Positions 8,125 to 11,454 of a stretch of DNA of 11,454 bases are shown here, piece after piece; position 1 is the first letter of the stretch, and every line of letters starts with the position of its first letter. Source of the stretch: Myxococcales bacterium (lineage in GTDB: Bacteria > Myxococcota > Myxococcia > Myxococcales > Anaeromyxobacteraceae); NCBI GenBank assembly GCA_038320275.1, contig JBBQEB010000124.1, positions 1-11,454 of the forward strand, written 5' to 3'. The translations under genes and the position numbers were made by a program. The notes under the pieces are model-generated. The model was not told where the DNA came from and made no database searches. It saw only the letters and a program-made list of their open reading frames with translations.

Positions 8125-9827
8125 ATGCTCGCGACGGCGACAGACCAGATTGCAGCGCTCGAGGCGGAGCTGGCCGTCGAGCGCTCCGCCCTCGCCACGG
8201 AGCGCGAGCGGGTCGCGAAGCTCACGGAGGAACGCGATCTGCTGCGTGCCTCGCACGAGCGGCTTCGGCTCGAGCTGGAGCTCATGCGCCAGCGCATCTT
8301 CGTCGCCAAGGCGGAGCGCGTGGACACCGCGCAGCTCGAGATGGAGTTCGCGGCCACCCTCGCCGCGCTCGACCGGCTGGGCGGCGCGCTGCCCTTCGCT
8401 GCGGAGGCGGGCGCGCCGCCGCCGCACGAGAAGAAGAAGCCCACCGGCCGGCGTGACCTGCGCAAGTTCTCGCTCCCGGAGGAGCGCGTCGAGATGCTCG
8501 ACGTGCTCTTCGAGAAGCTGGTCGCCGACGGCAAGGCCACCCTCTTCGGCTTCGAGGAGAGCCGCAAGGTCGCCTGGAAGCGCGGCGGCGCGCGCATGCT
8601 CGTCGTCGCCCGCGCCAAGTACCGCACAGTGGACGAGCAGGGCGACTCGATGATCGAGACGACGCCGATGCCGAAGGAGTGCTTCCCGCGCTCGCTCGCG
8701 GCGCCGTCGATGCTCGCGCACGTGCTCACCGAGAAGTTCTGCGACGGACTCCCCCTCAACCGCATCGAAGATCGGCTGGGGCGCGACGCTTTCCGCTCGA
8801 CCGCGGCACGATGAGCCGGTGGGTCGAGGACGCGGGGGCGACCGCCGGCGCGACGGTCGTCGCCGCCGCCCGCGCCGAGGCGTGGCGCACCGCCTTCTGC
8901 ATCGCGACCGACGCCACCGGCATCGCGGTCGCCCCCGAGCCGCGCAAGGACGGCAAGCGCCAGGCGTGTCGCCGCGGCCACTTCTTCGTGCAGATCGCCG
9001 ATCGCGACCACGTCTTCTTCGAGTACGCGGCCAAGGAGACGAGCGCGTCGCTGCTCGAGATGTTCGAGGGTTACCAGGGCTACATCCAGGCCGACGCGAA
9101 GAGCGTCTACGACGTGCTCTTCCGCGAGCCCGAGCCGCCTGATGACGACACCGGAAAGGCCGGCAAGCGGATCGAGGTCGGCTGCTGGTCGCACGCACGG
9201 CGCAAGTTCTGGGAGGCCACCTGTACCAAGAGCGAGGTCGCCCGCGAGGGCCTGGCGCGCATCGGCTACATGTTCGCGCTCGAGGACGCCTGGCGCCGCG
9301 ATCCACCCGAAGTCATCCATCGCCTGCGCAATCAGCATTTGCGCCCGCACCTGGTGGACTTCTTCGCCTGGGCGGAGGTCGAGCACGATCGTGTCCGCGA
9401 TCAGCGCGGGCTCGTCCGCTCTGCCCTCGGCTACGCCATTCGCCAGAAGGACGCGCTCCTGCGCGTGCTCGACGATGGCCGCCTGGTGCTCGAGAACAAC
9501 CGGTCGGAGCGCGAGCTCAGGCGCATCGCCGTCGGCAGGAAGGGCTGGCCCTTCGTCGGCAGCGACGAGCACGGCGAGGCAGCCGGCAACGTCTTCTCGC
9601 TCATCGCCTCGGCGCGGCTGCACCGACTCGACCCCGAGGGCTACCTGCGCGACCTCTTCCGCGTGCTCGCGCAGTGGCCAGACGACCGCTACCTCGAGCT
9701 CGCGCCCAAGTATTGGGCCCAGACCCGCGCCCGCCTCCATGCCGACGAGCTTGCCGCCGAGGTCGGCTTGCTCACGATCCCGCCGCCGCTCGCTGCCGCC
9801 TCGCCGGAGCAGGTGTCGGCGGACTGA
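8125..9827 (+). pseudogene. tnpC: IS66 DDE transposase TnpC, split by a 1-nt frameshift at about 8788
   Basis: ORF 8125-8814 has the coiled coil and KFCDGLPLNR. ORF 8679-9827 has LDRGTMSRW, ATDATG, QADAKSVY, CWSHARRKF, ENNRSERELR and GRKGW. Adding one G (GAC-G[G]C-TTT-CCG) restores RDGFPLDRGT. Confidence 0.88.
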
Positions 9828-9927
9828 TCGGCCGGTCGTCGCCGGTGCTCGCGGGTAGCTCGGATCCACACGCGGAATCTGCCCCCGTCACGACCACCCC
9901 GCCAGACGGGCTTCGTGCAGCGGATAC

Positions 9928-10127
9928 GAGCCCACTTGATGTGAGCCCGTCGCGAGGCACACGATGCCGTCGACGAGCCGGACACACGAGGAGGGAGCAG
10001 CGGAGGCGTACCTGCAAGGTACGTCGAGCAGCGGACCGACCGGGTACCCGGCCCGCGACAGCGGGGTGGGTGTGCCCGGCGCAGGCAGGCAGCGTGCGCC
10101 GCAGCAGGGATCATATCAAGTGGTCTC
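9928..10127. mobile_element. 200-bp MITE-like / long inverted-repeat element
   Basis: The terminal IRs are GAGCCCACTTGATGTGAGCCC and the reverse complement of the right end, GAGACCACTTGATATGATCCC (18/21). Two inner IR blocks match at 11/13 and 10/11. There are internal hairpins and no transposase. Confidence 0.75.
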
Positions 10128-10443
10128 CGCTATCAGGCGGATCGCCATCGGCAGGAAGGGCTGGCTCTTCGTCGGCAGCGACGAGCACGGCGAGGCTGCC
10201 GGCAACGTCTTCTCGCTCATCGCCTCGGCGCGGCTGCACCGACTCGACCCCGAGGGCTACCTGCGCGACAACTTCCGCGTGCTCGCACACTGGCCGGGCG
10301 ACCGCTATCTCGAACTCGCGCCCAAATACTGGGCCCAGACCCGCGCCCGCCTCGATGCCGACAAACTCGCCGCCGAGGTCGGCCTGCTCACGATCCCGCC
10401 GCCGATCGCCGTCCCCGCGGCGGAGAAGGTGTCGGCGGACTGA
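10128..10443 (+). pseudogene. tnpC: Truncated 3' end of a second IS66 tnpC isoform
   Basis: It encodes AIRRIAIGRKGWLF...SARLHRLDPEGYL...VSAD*. Bases 10133-10543 align without gaps to 9517-9927 with about 33 mismatches in 411 bp (hand count). Confidence 0.9.
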
Positions 10444-10543
10444 TCGGCCGGTCGTCGTCGGCGCTCGCGGGTAGCTCGGATCCACACGCCGAATCTGGGC
10501 CAGTCACGGCCACCCCGCCAGACGGGCTTCGTGCAGCGGATAC

Positions 10544-10551
10544 GTATCTCA
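10544..10551. repeat. 8-bp target-site duplication, right copy (GTATCTCA)
   Basis: It immediately follows IRR#2 and is identical to 7326-7333. Confidence 0.92.
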
Positions 10552-10595
10552 CTCACGGCGGCAGAGGGCAGGCGCTTGGCGTCCAACGAACCCGA

Positions 10596-11454
10596 TCAAT
10601 GCGAGACGCAAGCACCAGCCGCATTGGACCACAAGGGGTTCACCGACCAGTATCGGGTTCCGAGCTTCTCGCAGGTCGAATAATTGCACTTGTCCCCGAT
10701 CTCCTGACCGAGCGGGTCTTGCCACGCTCTTCCGGGCCCAGGTTCGGTCATCGTCTCGAGCAGCTCATGGGAGAAGGTCTCGACGACGGACATGGCTATC
10801 CAGTCCGTCGTTGCGCAAGCCGGGACGAGTCCCTGGTCCGCCCGGACCCAAGCCTCCCGCAAGACCACGCCGTTACAAACCATGTCGCCATGATCCCCTG
10901 CGCCCCCGCTATCGACGAAGAATGATGTGACCAGGACGTAAACGCCGAGCGGATCGATCGGTTGGCCTGAACCCGCGATGATGGAGCATACTTCGGGGTG
11001 CAAGTCGGTGCCGAACGCTTTGGCCGGGATGTTGGGATCGTAGAATTGCCCGGCCAGCGACACGTGGGGCTTGGCGCCGCGCAGGTACTGCTCGGAGATG
11101 CCGAGGTAGCTTGAGCCCTCCAGGTCGGCGATGAACGACTCGACGGCAGCCTTTGGGCTCGCGAGGAGGGCCTGGTCCCCCCACCAGATCATGTAGACGC
11201 GAGGGGTTGCCAAGACCGGACCGCCGCGATCGATGAGGTTCTCCCCCACGCCGTCCATGACGGTGACGGTGGCGATCGACGTCATGCTCGGATCGGCGCC
11301 GCTCGTGGCGATCACATGGTAAACACCTGGAATGCTCGTGGCAGTGTACAAGCCGGTGGCGCTGATCTTGCCGAAACCTTCCGCGATTGTCCACGTCACG
11401 GGTGGAGCGGGGTTGTCCTGCGAGGTCACCGCGAATTGCAGGGTGCTCTTCACC
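10596..11454 (-). CDS. Probable extracellular protein, 5'-partial: Ig-like domain plus Phi-1/EXORDIUM-like domain
   Basis: The ORF is open to the window edge. VTWTI...GKISATGLYTA...GVYHVIATS.ADPS...ATVTV is Ig-like (Big_2 type). It is followed by GGPVL...VYMIWWG, HELLETMTEP, AW, EIGDKC and VNPLWSN..GAC. Confidence 0.75.
   Translation of the reverse strand, partial: VKSTLQFAVTSQDNPAPPVTWTIAEGFGKISATGLYTATSIPGVYHVIATSGADPSMTSIATVTVMDGVGENLIDRGGPVLATPRVYMIWWGDQALLASPKAAVESFIADLEGSSYLGISEQYLRGAKPHVSLAGQFYDPNIPAKAFGTDLHPEVCSIIAGSGQPIDPLGVYVLVTSFFVDSGGAGDHGDMVCNGVVLREAWVRADQGLVPACATTDWIAMSVVETFSHELLETMTEPGPGRAWQDPLGQEIGDKCNYSTCEKLGTRYWSVNPLWSNAAGACVSH

Larger units (their letters stand above)
7334..10543 (+). 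mobile_element. Compound IS66-family element (IRL, tnpA-tnpB-tnpC, IRR#1, MITE-like insert, truncated second IS66 end, IRR#2)
   Basis: IRL GTACCCGCTGCACCAACCCCGGCTAGCG (7334-7361) matches the reverse complement of both IRRs (9900-9927 and 10516-10543) at 23/28 positions. The unit is flanked by the GTATCTCA duplication. Confidence 0.92.

Noticed and set aside
8780..8800. Programmed -1 ribosomal frameshift in tnpC
   Set aside because: No X-XXY-YYZ slippery heptamer is present. A single missing G in a Gly codon explains the break, and IS66 tnpC is normally one ORF.
8103..9869. 588-aa antisense ORF across tnpC, and other long alternative-frame ORFs (982-2289, 1317-2444, 5879-7081, 7897-9306)
   Set aside because: These are shadow ORFs of recognisable genes, with no motifs and mostly low-complexity Arg/Ala/Pro/Gly-rich composition.
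9928..10127. Group II intron fragment inserted in IS66
   Set aside because: There is no GTGYG at the boundary and no recognisable domain V/VI. The terminal inverted repeats fit a MITE better.
9517..10543. The 411-bp direct repeat as an assembly duplication artefact
   Set aside because: The copies differ at about 33 positions, many synonymous, and the outer copy is the one flanked by the TSD.
1..11454. CRISPR array, tRNA or rRNA genes
   Set aside because: No regularly spaced repeats, cloverleaf/T-loop signatures or rRNA-like sequence were seen.

Overview
A GC-rich bacterial window. Gene content and composition resemble Myxococcota/Anaeromyxobacter-like organisms, which is an inference. Bases 1-7114 are housekeeping genes: the 3' part of gatB, a small membrane ORF, mtnA, a DUF1232/YkvA-like protein with a Cys4 N-terminus, a KirBac-type K+ channel, a convergent aldo/keto reductase, then rplU-rpmA-obgE and a TrmH/SpoU methyltransferase. 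Bases 7334-10543 are a compound IS66 structure bounded by a perfect 8-bp target duplication (GTATCTCA). It consists of IRL, tnpA, tnpB, a frameshifted tnpC, IRR#1, a 200-bp highly structured MITE-like element, the 3' end of a second IS66 isoform (about 92% identical), and IRR#2. The window ends in a lower-GC minus-strand gene, open at the window edge, that encodes an Ig-like domain followed by a domain resembling plant Phi-1/EXORDIUM. All calls come from reading motifs by eye; no searches were run.
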